64,000 nucleotides of DNA from Patescibacteria group bacterium (GTDB lineage: Bacteria; Patescibacteriota; JAHJAL01): NCBI GenBank assembly GCA_041648895.1, contig JBAZOB010000001.1, forward strand, positions 15,093 to 79,092, in the 5' to 3' direction. The translations under genes were made by a program, and so were the position numbers. This document shows positions 18,370-26,809 of this stretch, piece after piece. The notes below the pieces were generated by a model. The model saw nothing but the letters and a program-made list of their open reading frames with translations, had not been told where the DNA came from and did no database searches. Every line of letters starts with the position of its first letter. The first letter of the stretch is position 1.

Positions 18370-20397
18370 ATGGCGCAAGTCGATAAAAACCAGAATAATC
18401 AGATTGGTTCGTCAGCGGATAAGATATCCAATGTTGGGCGAAATATGATTAATTTTGCCAAGGGAAAAAAGGAAGTATCGGAAGTAAGTAATTTAGATAC
18501 CCCGGTGAAAGATGATGGTGACTATGATATTGCGTCGGCGGGGAATAAGGTGGTGCAGAGTGGCCAAATGATGATTGAAAGCGCAGATGTTGGTAAGAAA
18601 AAAATCGAATCGGCGTGGGATGAGAATCAATATGTCAATAAATTAGACAATGTTGATTATGATTATCGAAAGCATATATTGACAGATATGCAAGAAAAAG
18701 GATCAGTGACGCCTGAGCAATTACAATATTTAAGAGAAAATGATCCGCAGGGGTATAAAGCAGTGACAGGTCTTATCAAATCTCAATCACAAGTTGGAAT
18801 TACTTCACAAGAGAAAGGGGCGCAGGAGACATATAATGAGGCTTTGACTCAAGCAGAAATAGAAGGTGTGCAAGTGGCAGCGATGGGGGGAGTTGGATAT
18901 TTGGTGATGAAGGGGATTGAACTTGGGGGTAAGAAAGTAGTAGTGCCAAAGATACTAGAAACAGCCAAAGTGGAAGAGGAAGATTTAGTAAATCCTGCCG
19001 GGGGCGAAAGTGTGGAAAATTACTTGCTGGTCAAAGTAGGCAAAGGAGAGAAATTATCAACGGAAGAGATAGAATATATCAAGTCACTGCCTCAGGAACG
19101 ACAAGAAAGATTGATGGAGGCGATAGGCGGTATACAAAAATCTAATGTTGAAATCAAAGATACGAGACAGACACAAGAGAGTTATTTAGTCGGAACAAAA
19201 TCAGGTGCTGAATCGGCGGTAGAGACGGCTAGCATGTTGTATAATCCATCAAACAAGCTAGCAGATAAAGTGAGCAAAACTGTCGCGAAAGCGGAAGAAA
19301 AGTTGGTAACTAAAGGTGGAAAAATCGGACTAATGTATGAGGCACTGAACAAAGGATTCGTTGGAACGCAGAAAAAAGTTGTAGGATTTTTGACTAAACC
19401 GATTAGTAATTTGCTTAAGTCAAATAAAGGAAAAATAAATGATGAGATGGGGGAAGCGGCTATAAAAGTTGATGATGCGTTGACTGATAGCAAGGAGATG
19501 GTTAAGGATTTGGAACCTCAGGAGATTAATTATAAATCCGATGATGTAAAGAATAGTGATCCAGTATTGGATGAATTATTGGGAACGGTTGATGAGGAGG
19601 TAACAGAAAAGGGTGGAAAAGTGATGGAAGATGTTATGCAATATGATAATTGGTACTATAATCCTAGCACAGGCGCTAAGGAATATTATGATGAATTTGG
19701 TAAAATAGTGAAAATCGAGCCGCGTACTTATGGGGAAAAATTCCCGGTGGTGTATAATTCGACAGTTATGATTGATGGAATTGAATATAATGTTCTTAAG
19801 GAAAAAGGAAAAGTTATTTTGGACCCAGGCCGCCCCAAGTTAGAGTCTGGGTCAGCGAATTTGCTAAGCATTGATGACTTACAAAGTGGAGAAGTTAAGG
19901 GTTATCTAGCAGATATTGATATGATGCCCAAAAAACTGATAGACAATTTAAAAGAAGGTGGGGTTAATGTGGTCATTGGTAATACAGATGTTCCCGGATT
20001 GTCTAATAATAGGCTTCTCGAGGGTAAACCCAGGGGGTGGGATCAAGATAATATGTCAGGTGTCAAAGCATGTTATGATCCTGTTAATAAGATAGTATAT
20101 GCTGGCGAAGGGATGGGTGCTAGTACGAGCCCGGTTTTACATGAATACGGTCATGCAGTAATTGATTTGTTTGATTCGACTGGCAACCCAAAAATTATTG
20201 AAGCTCATGAACGTTTATATGATAATCTTGGTGATTATTTAAAACAGGGAGGTCCGGGAGGTGAAGCGGGAGTTGATGAGTTTTTTGCTGAGTCTTTTGC
20301 TGATTATATTAAGTTGCCAAAAAAACTTTTTGTAGCAAGATATGATGAACAGTGGCATGGCCAAATGAAAGAAATAATAAAAAATAATTCGCAATAG
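18370..20397 (+). CDS. Large hypothetical protein with a C-terminal HExxH zinc-metallopeptidase-like domain, possibly ATLF/PPEP-like.
   Basis: C-terminal SPVLHEYGHAVIDLF (HExxH), then about 35 aa later DEFFAESFADY, which could supply the third zinc ligand. No signal peptide. Confidence 0.45.
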   Translation: MAQVDKNQNNQIGSSADKISNVGRNMINFAKGKKEVSEVSNLDTPVKDDGDYDIASAGNKVVQSGQMMIESADVGKKKIESAWDENQYVNKLDNVDYDYRKHILTDMQEKGSVTPEQLQYLRENDPQGYKAVTGLIKSQSQVGITSQEKGAQETYNEALTQAEIEGVQVAAMGGVGYLVMKGIELGGKKVVVPKILETAKVEEEDLVNPAGGESVENYLLVKVGKGEKLSTEEIEYIKSLPQERQERLMEAIGGIQKSNVEIKDTRQTQESYLVGTKSGAESAVETASMLYNPSNKLADKVSKTVAKAEEKLVTKGGKIGLMYEALNKGFVGTQKKVVGFLTKPISNLLKSNKGKINDEMGEAAIKVDDALTDSKEMVKDLEPQEINYKSDDVKNSDPVLDELLGTVDEEVTEKGGKVMEDVMQYDNWYYNPSTGAKEYYDEFGKIVKIEPRTYGEKFPVVYNSTVMIDGIEYNVLKEKGKVILDPGRPKLESGSANLLSIDDLQSGEVKGYLADIDMMPKKLIDNLKEGGVNVVIGNTDVPGLSNNRLLEGKPRGWDQDNMSGVKACYDPVNKIVYAGEGMGASTSPVLHEYGHAVIDLFDSTGNPKIIEAHERLYDNLGDYLKQGGPGGEAGVDEFFAESFADYIKLPKKLFVARYDEQWHGQMKEIIKNNSQ

Positions 20398-20408
20398 AGG
20401 ATAATAAA

Positions 20409-20615
20409 ATGATAATGATTTCAAAAGGTAAAGATAATGAGTTATATGTGCCGATAAGGGTCGAGGGAGGAGGAATGATTGGAGATGGCATGAAGGTGGT
20501 ACGTCCTGCTGATGAGGATTATGAGATGTATTTTGAGAAATATCAACGTGATCAGAAGCTGGAAGAACAGTTTCAAAAAGAGATTTCAAAATACATGAAG
20601 AAAAATATTGGCTAG
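20409..20615 (+). CDS. Small hypothetical protein of 68 aa, immediately downstream of the HExxH protein.
   Basis: Tightly spaced same-strand ORF, followed by the terminator-like hairpin AAACTGTATTTTTACAGTTTT. Confidence 0.35.
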   Translation: MIMISKGKDNELYVPIRVEGGGMIGDGMKVVRPADEDYEMYFEKYQRDQKLEEQFQKEISKYMKKNIG

Positions 20616-20763
20616 GTAAAGTTTAGTAATCAGCTAAGTGATTTAGGGGTATTGTGGATTAGTTTTTATATAAAACTGTATTTTTACAGTTTTTATTTTG
20701 TTTTAAGCTTACTTTGATAGAATTAATATAGAATAATTTATCAGATTAAAATTTGTAATTCGT

Positions 20764-20793
20764 CCGCCCGAGGCGGATGCGCCTTGGGCGCAT
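20764..20793. repeat. GC-rich double hairpin (CCGCCCGAGGCGG, ATGCGCCTTGGGCGCAT) flanked by AATTTGTAATT heptamer motifs, upstream of the SpoIID-domain gene.
   Basis: Same composite of AATTWGTAATT arms plus GC hairpins as the MITE-like family. Confidence 0.6.
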
Positions 20794-20814
20794 AATTTGT
20801 AATTAAAAAGTTGT

Positions 20815-23013
20815 ATGAAAAAGAATATTTTGTTTTTAGCGCTGATATTAACCATGCTAATGTCAAATTTGAATATGGTGCGGGCGGCTGATTATCAGGC
20901 GCAGTGGACAGGGCAAAGTGAGTATTTGACCATGACAGAAGGTGAGGAACAGACGGTGTGGGTGGAGTTTAAAAATACCGGTAGTGCCGATTGGCGGCAA
21001 ACTGGTCAGAACGCGGTGCATTTGGGAACGGCGAAAAATCTAGACCGGGCCAGTTCTTTTTATGATAATACTTCGTGGTTAACCAGTAATCGGATTGAGA
21101 TGAAGCAATCGGTGATTCATCCCGGTGAAACGGCTCGTTTTGAGTTTAAGATTAAGGCTCCATATAACTCGGGTGTTTATCAAGAATATTTTCGATTGGT
21201 AGCGGAGAATGTATCTTGGTTAAATGATGTCGGTTTATATTGGGAATGGCGGGTGATCGGGGCGGCCGGTTATGAGGACATGTGTATGAGTCGGGATAGC
21301 GTGGTTCAGTCAAGCGGGTGTGTGGTGCCCGAGCCGTGGATGTATGATTCGACTTGGAATGGTCAAAGTAAATATTTAACTTTGGCTCCGGGCGAGAGTC
21401 GAGAAGTGTGGGTGGAATTTGTTAATGATGGGGTAGCGACTTGGTATCAGAACGGTGATTTTGCGGTTCATTTAGGTACCGCCAATCCAATTGATAGAAA
21501 TAGTAATTTTGTCGATACTGATTGGCTTTCTACCAATCGGTTGGTTTTGGAACAAACCAGCGTTAAGCCGGGCGAGACGGGTCGTTTTTCTTTTACGGTT
21601 AAGGCTCCAACTAAAACGGGTGTTTATTATGAATATTTCCGGCCGGTGGTAGAAAATGTATCTTGGTTGCGCGATCAGGGGGTGTATTGGATGTTTGAAG
21701 TAGCGAACGCGGCCAATGATGATTCTTCGGATGATGATGCGGTTAGCGATAGTTGGGCGGCTAAGTTGATTGAACAAACTGGAAATCCGACTTTTGTGGT
21801 CGGTGAGGAAGCGGAAGAATATTTAACAGTGAAATACAAAAATATTGGCCAAACGACATGGGAAAAAAGTGGCAGTAACGTGGTCCAGTTGGCGACTAGC
21901 CAACCCAATGACCGCAATAGCGGTTTTATGACGAGTGATTGGCTCAATAGTCATCGGATTGCAATGCAGGAGAGTAGTGTGGCGCCGGGTGAGTACGCGA
22001 CTTTTAAATTTCGGGTATCTCCGGGGGAGACAGTAGCTCTGGGGACGCATAATGAACATTTTAATTTGGTGGCCAATGACAATTTCTGGTTTAGCGGGGT
22101 GGGGGTGGCCTGGAACATGGTTTTGGCGGGGGTGTCGGATGCGGTGGTAGTGACGGCCGATGGTAATTTTGATGTGAAAGATGGGGTAACGGGCAGTGTT
22201 TTGGCCACTTTGAGTTCAGGGCAAAAAGTTAATGTCAAATATGCTGGTGGCAATTATCAAATAACTTGGCCGGGTGGGTCTAAAAGTACTAGTAACTATG
22301 TGCGGCTAACGGGTAAAAATGGGGCGATTATGGAGGTAGTTTCATATAACGATATTAAATCATGGAATAGCAGTCTCAATGATAATAAATTTCGGGATAC
22401 GATTGAGGTGCGTTATTCGACCAATACCAATCAATTGTGGGTGATCAATGAATTACCCTTGGAAGATTATGTGGCGGGAGTGGCGGAGACGGGTAACTCT
22501 TCACCGACAGAATTTTTAAAAGCCATGACGATTGCTGAGCGAACTTACGTGATTTATCATCATAACCGTGGGGGACGTCATCCGGAAAATTATGTTGATC
22601 TGTACAATAGCGTCAACGGAAATGGTGATGACCAGGTTTATCGCGGCTATGGCTTTGAACAGCGCAATGATGAGGTGACCGAGGCAGCTGCCGATACAGT
22701 TGGTAAAGTGGTGACATATAACAATAATGTAGTCGTGACACCCTATTTTTCACATGCCGATGGCCGCACTCGCAGCTACAAAGAGGTGTGGGGTAGTGAC
22801 GTGGCCTGGTGTGTGTCAGTTGACGATCCTTATACAGCGGGGATGAGTTTGCTTGGTCATGGCGTAGGTATGAGTGCTTTAGGGGCGCAGATGTTTGCGG
22901 AAAAAGAGGGCAAAACTTATGACTGGATTTTAAAATATTATTATACTGGTATCGATATCTCCAATTATGATACAGCGAGTGAGAGAATCAGGGTCGGGAT
23001 TTATCATTTGTAA
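20815..23013 (+). CDS. Secreted SpoIID/LytB-domain protein (amidase enhancer / lytic transglycosylase-like) with three N-terminal FW-type repeats.
   Basis: Signal peptide MKKNILFLALILTMLMSNLNMVRA. Three roughly 115-aa repeats are homologous to those in the amidase. The C-terminal SpoIID domain reads ELPLEDYVAGV...ERTYVIYH...YGFEQRN...TPYFSHADGRTRSYKEVWG. Confidence 0.75.
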   Translation: MKKNILFLALILTMLMSNLNMVRAADYQAQWTGQSEYLTMTEGEEQTVWVEFKNTGSADWRQTGQNAVHLGTAKNLDRASSFYDNTSWLTSNRIEMKQSVIHPGETARFEFKIKAPYNSGVYQEYFRLVAENVSWLNDVGLYWEWRVIGAAGYEDMCMSRDSVVQSSGCVVPEPWMYDSTWNGQSKYLTLAPGESREVWVEFVNDGVATWYQNGDFAVHLGTANPIDRNSNFVDTDWLSTNRLVLEQTSVKPGETGRFSFTVKAPTKTGVYYEYFRPVVENVSWLRDQGVYWMFEVANAANDDSSDDDAVSDSWAAKLIEQTGNPTFVVGEEAEEYLTVKYKNIGQTTWEKSGSNVVQLATSQPNDRNSGFMTSDWLNSHRIAMQESSVAPGEYATFKFRVSPGETVALGTHNEHFNLVANDNFWFSGVGVAWNMVLAGVSDAVVVTADGNFDVKDGVTGSVLATLSSGQKVNVKYAGGNYQITWPGGSKSTSNYVRLTGKNGAIMEVVSYNDIKSWNSSLNDNKFRDTIEVRYSTNTNQLWVINELPLEDYVAGVAETGNSSPTEFLKAMTIAERTYVIYHHNRGGRHPENYVDLYNSVNGNGDDQVYRGYGFEQRNDEVTEAAADTVGKVVTYNNNVVVTPYFSHADGRTRSYKEVWGSDVAWCVSVDDPYTAGMSLLGHGVGMSALGAQMFAEKEGKTYDWILKYYYTGIDISNYDTASERIRVGIYHL

Positions 23014-23028
23014 TTCCTAATTTCTAAC

Positions 23029-23589
23029 ATGAGATTATTTTCTAAAATTGGCAAAAGGAAACGACGGACGGGGCGGATGAAGCAGAAGTCCAGTTGGTTG
23101 GATGGTATTCTTAAGAAAGCCAAACGGACAAATAAACGGGTAATCAAGCGAACGGTGCGAGGGGGGAATGGGCCGGCGGTTAAATCTTTTTTTGACTACC
23201 GTACTTTTTTGCGGTCGCGGCTTTTTAATGTTTCATTGATGATAGTGGCTGGCTATATGATATTTTTGACGGGACGGGAGGCTTTGGCCAATTACTATCA
23301 GTCAAAACAAATTGCCAAGATTGAAACGGAAAATAAAACTATTGAACAGAAAAATGAGGAATTAAAGTATCTTTTGGAGTATTATAAGACTGAGACCTTT
23401 GCGGAATTGGAGGCCAGACGGTATTTGAATTTAAAAAAACCGGGAGAAAGTGTGGCGATTGTTCCAGTTGATATGAATGAGATGCCGGTTGATGAGGGAC
23501 AACAACCGCCAGAATTAAAAGCGCGACCCAATTATAAGAAGTGGATCGATTTTATTTTTGCCGATATTAGTTCACTGCCGGATAATTAA
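23029..23589 (+). CDS. FtsB/DivIC-like septum formation initiator.
   Basis: Single TM helix (VSLMIVAGYMIFLTG), then coiled-coil IETENKTIEQKNEELKYLLEYYKTETFAELEARRYLNLKKPGE, typical of the Septum_form family. Confidence 0.6.
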   Translation: MRLFSKIGKRKRRTGRMKQKSSWLDGILKKAKRTNKRVIKRTVRGGNGPAVKSFFDYRTFLRSRLFNVSLMIVAGYMIFLTGREALANYYQSKQIAKIETENKTIEQKNEELKYLLEYYKTETFAELEARRYLNLKKPGESVAIVPVDMNEMPVDEGQQPPELKARPNYKKWIDFIFADISSLPDN

Positions 23590-23816
23590 TTACAAATGAC
23601 AAATGGCAGATTACAAATCACGAATGACGAATTGAATTAGTCATATATCATTTATTTTAATTAATGGCAGCAAAAGTTTGGTCGGTGGTGTTAATATGGA
23701 TCTATTTAATAATAGTAAGTTTTATGGCTAGCCATATAATTAAAATAAATGATATATGACTAATTCAATTCGTCATTCGTGATTTGTAATCTGCCATTTG
23801 TCATTTGTAATTAATT
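23585..23816. repeat. Large palindromic element A, about 230 bp. Arms of about 50 bp carry AATTACAAATG heptamer periodicity and flank a conserved ~100-nt core that contains TATAAT.
   Basis: AATTACAAATGACAAATGGCAGATTACAAATCACGAATGACGAATTGAATTAGTCATATATCATTTATTTTAATTAA ... core ... exact reverse complement. The core is about 85% identical to element B at 32671-32867. Confidence 0.8.
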
Positions 23817-23819
23817 TAA

Positions 23820-23906
23820 GGAAGGGTGGGAGAGCGGTTTAATCCGCACGCTTGGAAAGCGTGTATGGCCGCAAGGTCATCGAGGGTTCAAATCCCTCCC
23901 CTTCCG
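23820..23906 (+). tRNA. tRNA-Ser (anticodon GGA), type II with a long variable arm; no encoded CCA.
   Basis: Hand fold: acceptor GGAAGGG/CCCTTCC, anticodon stem CACGC/GCGTG with loop TTGGAAA, T-arm GAGGG-TTCAAAT-CCCTC, long variable arm. Confidence 0.8.
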
Positions 23907-23960
23907 TTTATATAAAAGGGATGCGAAATTTACACCCCTCTTTCTTAAATCAATATCAAA

Positions 23961-23981
23961 GGGTGAATCCCTCCCCTTCCG
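23961..23981 (+). repeat. Duplicate of the tRNA-Ser 3' end (GGGTGAATCCCTCCCCTTCCG), about 55 bp downstream of the tRNA.
   Basis: 19 of 21 nt match the T-arm/acceptor 3' half of the adjacent tRNA. Confidence 0.6.
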
Positions 23982-24083
23982 TCTTCGACCGCCATAGCTT
24001 GAGCGACGGCGGGTTTTGTTATCATAATAATTGTTTTTTCAGGGGTGAGATTTTTTAGCGTATTCGTAATTCCTATTTTTTTT

Positions 24084-25370
24084 ATGAAAAAGCGTCATTT
24101 TCAAAACAAATTAATTGCTGAGTTATTGAGTAATTGTCAAAAGGTTCCGGCTCGCTGTCCGCATTTTTTGGATTGTGGTGGGTGTAGCTATCAGGATTTT
24201 ACCTATGGTGATCAAATTAAGGTTAAGGAAAAAAAATTAAAGGAACTGTTTGGTGATTTGACGGCTGATACAAATGTATCATTTCAGGGCGGGCAGGAGT
24301 ATGGTTACCGGACGCGGATGGATTATATTGTTTCCAGTCAGGGATTGGGCCTGCGGCGCAAGCGGCGTTTTGATCAAGTGGTGGATTTACATGAATGTCA
24401 TCTGATTGATCCGGCGATATTTGGTTTTTTAAGATCAATCTATGAAGAGGGGATAAAGATCGGATTAATACCGTATGATTTGCAGTCAAAAACGGGATTT
24501 TGGCGATATCTTTCGGTGCGGGTCAATGAGAAAAATGATTTTATGGTTATAGTCAATACGACCAGTGATGAGAAATTGTATCCCTTGGTGGATGAATTAA
24601 TTGAAAAAATTACAAATAATATTGTCGGGGCGGGTTTTTCCCGCCTGCAATTGTGTGAGAAAGGGCGGGAGAACCCCGCCCGTACGAAAGTGGGTAATTT
24701 AGTTTCAATATATCATCTGATCAATGATGGATTAAATGATGACAATTTTGGTGAGGTGAGGCGGTGGTGGGGGGAAGAATTTTTAAAATTTAAAATTTTA
24801 AATCCTGGATCCGTGTCCAGGACAAGCTTTAAATTTAAAATAGGGCCGAATACTTTTTTTCAAAATAGTATAGAATTGTTGAATGGTCTAATAACTAAAT
24901 TGGTCGGATATATTGATGCCGATGATCAAGTGTTGGATTTGTATTGCGGGGTGGGAACGTTGTCATTGCCGGTGGCCAAAAAAGCGAAGCAAGTTTTGGG
25001 GGTGGAATTGATGGCGGAGAGTATTGAGTTGGCGAAGTTAAATGCGATAGATAATGGTATAACCAATGTTGATTTTGTGGTGGGAGAGGTGGAAAAAATA
25101 ATTACGAATGACGAATTACGAATTAGGAATTATGATGCATTAGTTTTGGATCCGCCACGTAAAGGACTGGAAAAGGCAGCCAGTGAGATAATGGAAATGG
25201 ATTTACAGAAAATTGTGTATATGTCATGCAATCCACTGACTTTAAAGAAAGATCTGGAGGTTTTAACAAAAAAATATCGATTGGTGGAAGCAAGCTGGTG
25301 GGATCTTTACCCGCAGACACCACATGTGGAAGGTTTGTGTTTATTGGTGGGCGATGGTGTCGAACTCTAG
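24084..25370 (+). CDS. RNA (uracil-5)-methyltransferase of the RlmC/RlmD/TrmA family with an N-terminal Fe-S cysteine cluster.
   Basis: CPHFLDCGGCSYQD cluster. SAM motifs LDLYCGVGTLSLP, VLDPPRKGL and YMSCNP. Start set at the internal ATG (MKKRHF). The CDS carries in-frame repeat insertions. Confidence 0.7.
   Translation: MKKRHFQNKLIAELLSNCQKVPARCPHFLDCGGCSYQDFTYGDQIKVKEKKLKELFGDLTADTNVSFQGGQEYGYRTRMDYIVSSQGLGLRRKRRFDQVVDLHECHLIDPAIFGFLRSIYEEGIKIGLIPYDLQSKTGFWRYLSVRVNEKNDFMVIVNTTSDEKLYPLVDELIEKITNNIVGAGFSRLQLCEKGRENPARTKVGNLVSIYHLINDGLNDDNFGEVRRWWGEEFLKFKILNPGSVSRTSFKFKIGPNTFFQNSIELLNGLITKLVGYIDADDQVLDLYCGVGTLSLPVAKKAKQVLGVELMAESIELAKLNAIDNGITNVDFVVGEVEKIITNDELRIRNYDALVLDPPRKGLEKAASEIMEMDLQKIVYMSCNPLTLKKDLEVLTKKYRLVEASWWDLYPQTPHVEGLCLLVGDGVEL
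24637..24683. repeat. GC-rich twin hairpin (GGGGCGGGTTTTTCCCGCC / GGGCGGGAGAACCCCGCCC) inserted in frame inside the rlmC-like CDS.
   Basis: About 70% GC in a roughly 38% GC gene. It encodes GAGFSRLQLCEKGRENPAR. The motif AATTACAAATAAT lies immediately upstream, the same architecture as the MITE-like family. Confidence 0.7.
25095..25135. repeat. Heptanucleotide periodic repeat (ATTACGA ATGACGA ATTACGA ATTAGGA ATTATGA) in frame inside the rlmC-like CDS.
   Basis: Five or six imperfect 7-bp units identical in type to the MITE and palindrome arm motifs, translated as ITNDELRIRNYDA. Confidence 0.7.
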
Positions 25371-25964
25371 TGGTATTATTTGGTAATTGGCTTGTGCAAG
25401 TAGTTGGTGACTGTCTTTTTTTTCTGATGTGGTTAAGTGGCGGTGTTCATAGTGAATGATATCAGGTTTAATCAGGGAAAAATCAATTGATTTTATAATT
25501 TGATAATCATAGCCCTCTGTGTCGATTTGGAGTAGATTTAGTTGGTCAATATGATGATCTTGGATAAGATTATTGAATGTTTGGCTGGGAACCGTGATCG
25601 ATTCAATTTCATTGGTATTCATCCGGCCAATATCGCCCCGATCGCGAGCCATAGTGGCAAAGCAGTTTTTCCAGTTTTCGGTGAGAGTATCCTGTTTGGG
25701 GCGATATAGTTTGACTGGTTGGTTATGATTGGAAATAGCCAGGTTCAATATTTTTATTTGTGGTGGTTGGTATTTTTTGGTTAATTGAGAGTAGTATTCC
25801 GGCTGGGGTTCGATGATTATCCCTGACCAGTGGTATGGTTGAATAAATTGATGGATAGGGTCATCAAAGACACCATCAAAACCACCAATTTGGATAAAAA
25901 ACATATTTTGGCGGCGGGATGGAGGAAGTTGATTAATAAATTGGGCAAAAGTTTTTACAGGCAT
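25341..25964 (-). CDS. FkbM-family methyltransferase.
   Basis: FIQIGGFDGVFDDP and LQIDTEGYDYQIIK match the Methyltransf_21 motifs. Convergent 30-nt overlap with the rlmC-like gene. Confidence 0.6.
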   Translation of the reverse strand: MPVKTFAQFINQLPPSRRQNMFFIQIGGFDGVFDDPIHQFIQPYHWSGIIIEPQPEYYSQLTKKYQPPQIKILNLAISNHNQPVKLYRPKQDTLTENWKNCFATMARDRGDIGRMNTNEIESITVPSQTFNNLIQDHHIDQLNLLQIDTEGYDYQIIKSIDFSLIKPDIIHYEHRHLTTSEKKDSHQLLAQANYQIIPLEFDTIAHQ

Positions 25965-25986
25965 ATGTAATTATTATAAACCAAAT

Positions 25987-26775
25987 ATGAGAGGAAACAG
26001 CGATCGATTTTATATCAAAAAAGGATTGGGGGAAGATTTATTATTGATTAATGATTTTGGCTTGATTAAGCAATGGCGGCGGGTATTGCGGTTGAATGAG
26101 GGTGACGTGTTGCGGTTGTTTGATGGCAGTGGTTGGGAATATATTTACGAAATAATATTAGCCCATGGTAATGGTAGGGGCACGGTGCCCGTGCCCAAAA
26201 CCGCGGGGATAAATTTGCAATTAGTCAATAAAAGATATGTCAAAGAGACAAAGAATAAAATAATTTTGGGATTTGGTTTATTGAAAAATCATGAACGAAC
26301 CGAGTGGATAATCGAGAAATGTACGGAGTTGGGGGTAGATGAATTTCAACCATTAATTACCGAGTATTCGCAAATTAACATCTTTAAAAATCGGACCAGG
26401 TTGGAGAAAAAAATTGTTGAAGCCAGTGAGCAGTCCGGCCGGGTACGTTTACCAAAAATGAATGACGAATTACAAATGACGAATTATAAACCAAATGATC
26501 AAAATATTAATGTGTGCATGGATGTAGGGGCGACCCTCGCGGTCGCCCAGGGCGGGCGCCAGGCCCGCCCCTACAATAATGGTGGCGCCGGGGTTATCCC
26601 GCCCGATTTTACCGGTAATATTTTGTTATTGGTTGGTCCGGAAGGAGGCTGGAGCGAGACAGAAAGAAAATGGTTAAGCGATCAGAAATTTAAATTCTGG
26701 TCAATTAATAATAATATTCTCCGGGCCGAGACGGCGGCGGTGGTGGGCGTGGGGATTTTAAAATGTCACCTTTGA
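25987..26775 (+). CDS. rsmE: 16S rRNA (uracil1498-N3)-methyltransferase RsmE with an in-frame palindromic insertion.
   Basis: C-terminal LLLVGPEGGWSETE...ILRAETAAV is the RsmE signature. The roughly 50-aa insert KMNDELQMTNYKPND...GATLAVAQGGRQARPYNNGGAG is not typical of the family. Confidence 0.7.
   Translation: MRGNSDRFYIKKGLGEDLLLINDFGLIKQWRRVLRLNEGDVLRLFDGSGWEYIYEIILAHGNGRGTVPVPKTAGINLQLVNKRYVKETKNKIILGFGLLKNHERTEWIIEKCTELGVDEFQPLITEYSQINIFKNRTRLEKKIVEASEQSGRVRLPKMNDELQMTNYKPNDQNINVCMDVGATLAVAQGGRQARPYNNGGAGVIPPDFTGNILLLVGPEGGWSETERKWLSDQKFKFWSINNNILRAETAAVVGVGILKCHL
26455..26490. repeat. Heptanucleotide periodic repeat (AATGACG AATTACA AATGACG AATTATA) in frame inside rsmE.
   Basis: Same 7-bp motif class as the arms of the palindromic elements. 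Confidence 0.7.
26524..26574. repeat. Perfect nested GC-rich palindrome of 51 nt (17 codons) in frame inside rsmE.
   Basis: GTAGGGGCG[ACCCTCGCGGTCGCCC AGGGCGGGCGCCAGGCCCGCCC]CTAC has outer 9-bp inverted repeats and two inner 8-bp hairpins. About 80% GC. Confidence 0.8.
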
Positions 26776-26809
26776 GCAAAGGTGACATTTTTCATTTATT
26801 TATAATTTA

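Noticed and set aside
23852-24058. 68-aa plus-strand ORF overlapping tRNA-Ser and its 3' duplicate.
   Set aside because: It overlaps a confidently folded tRNA on the same strand. It is likely spurious.
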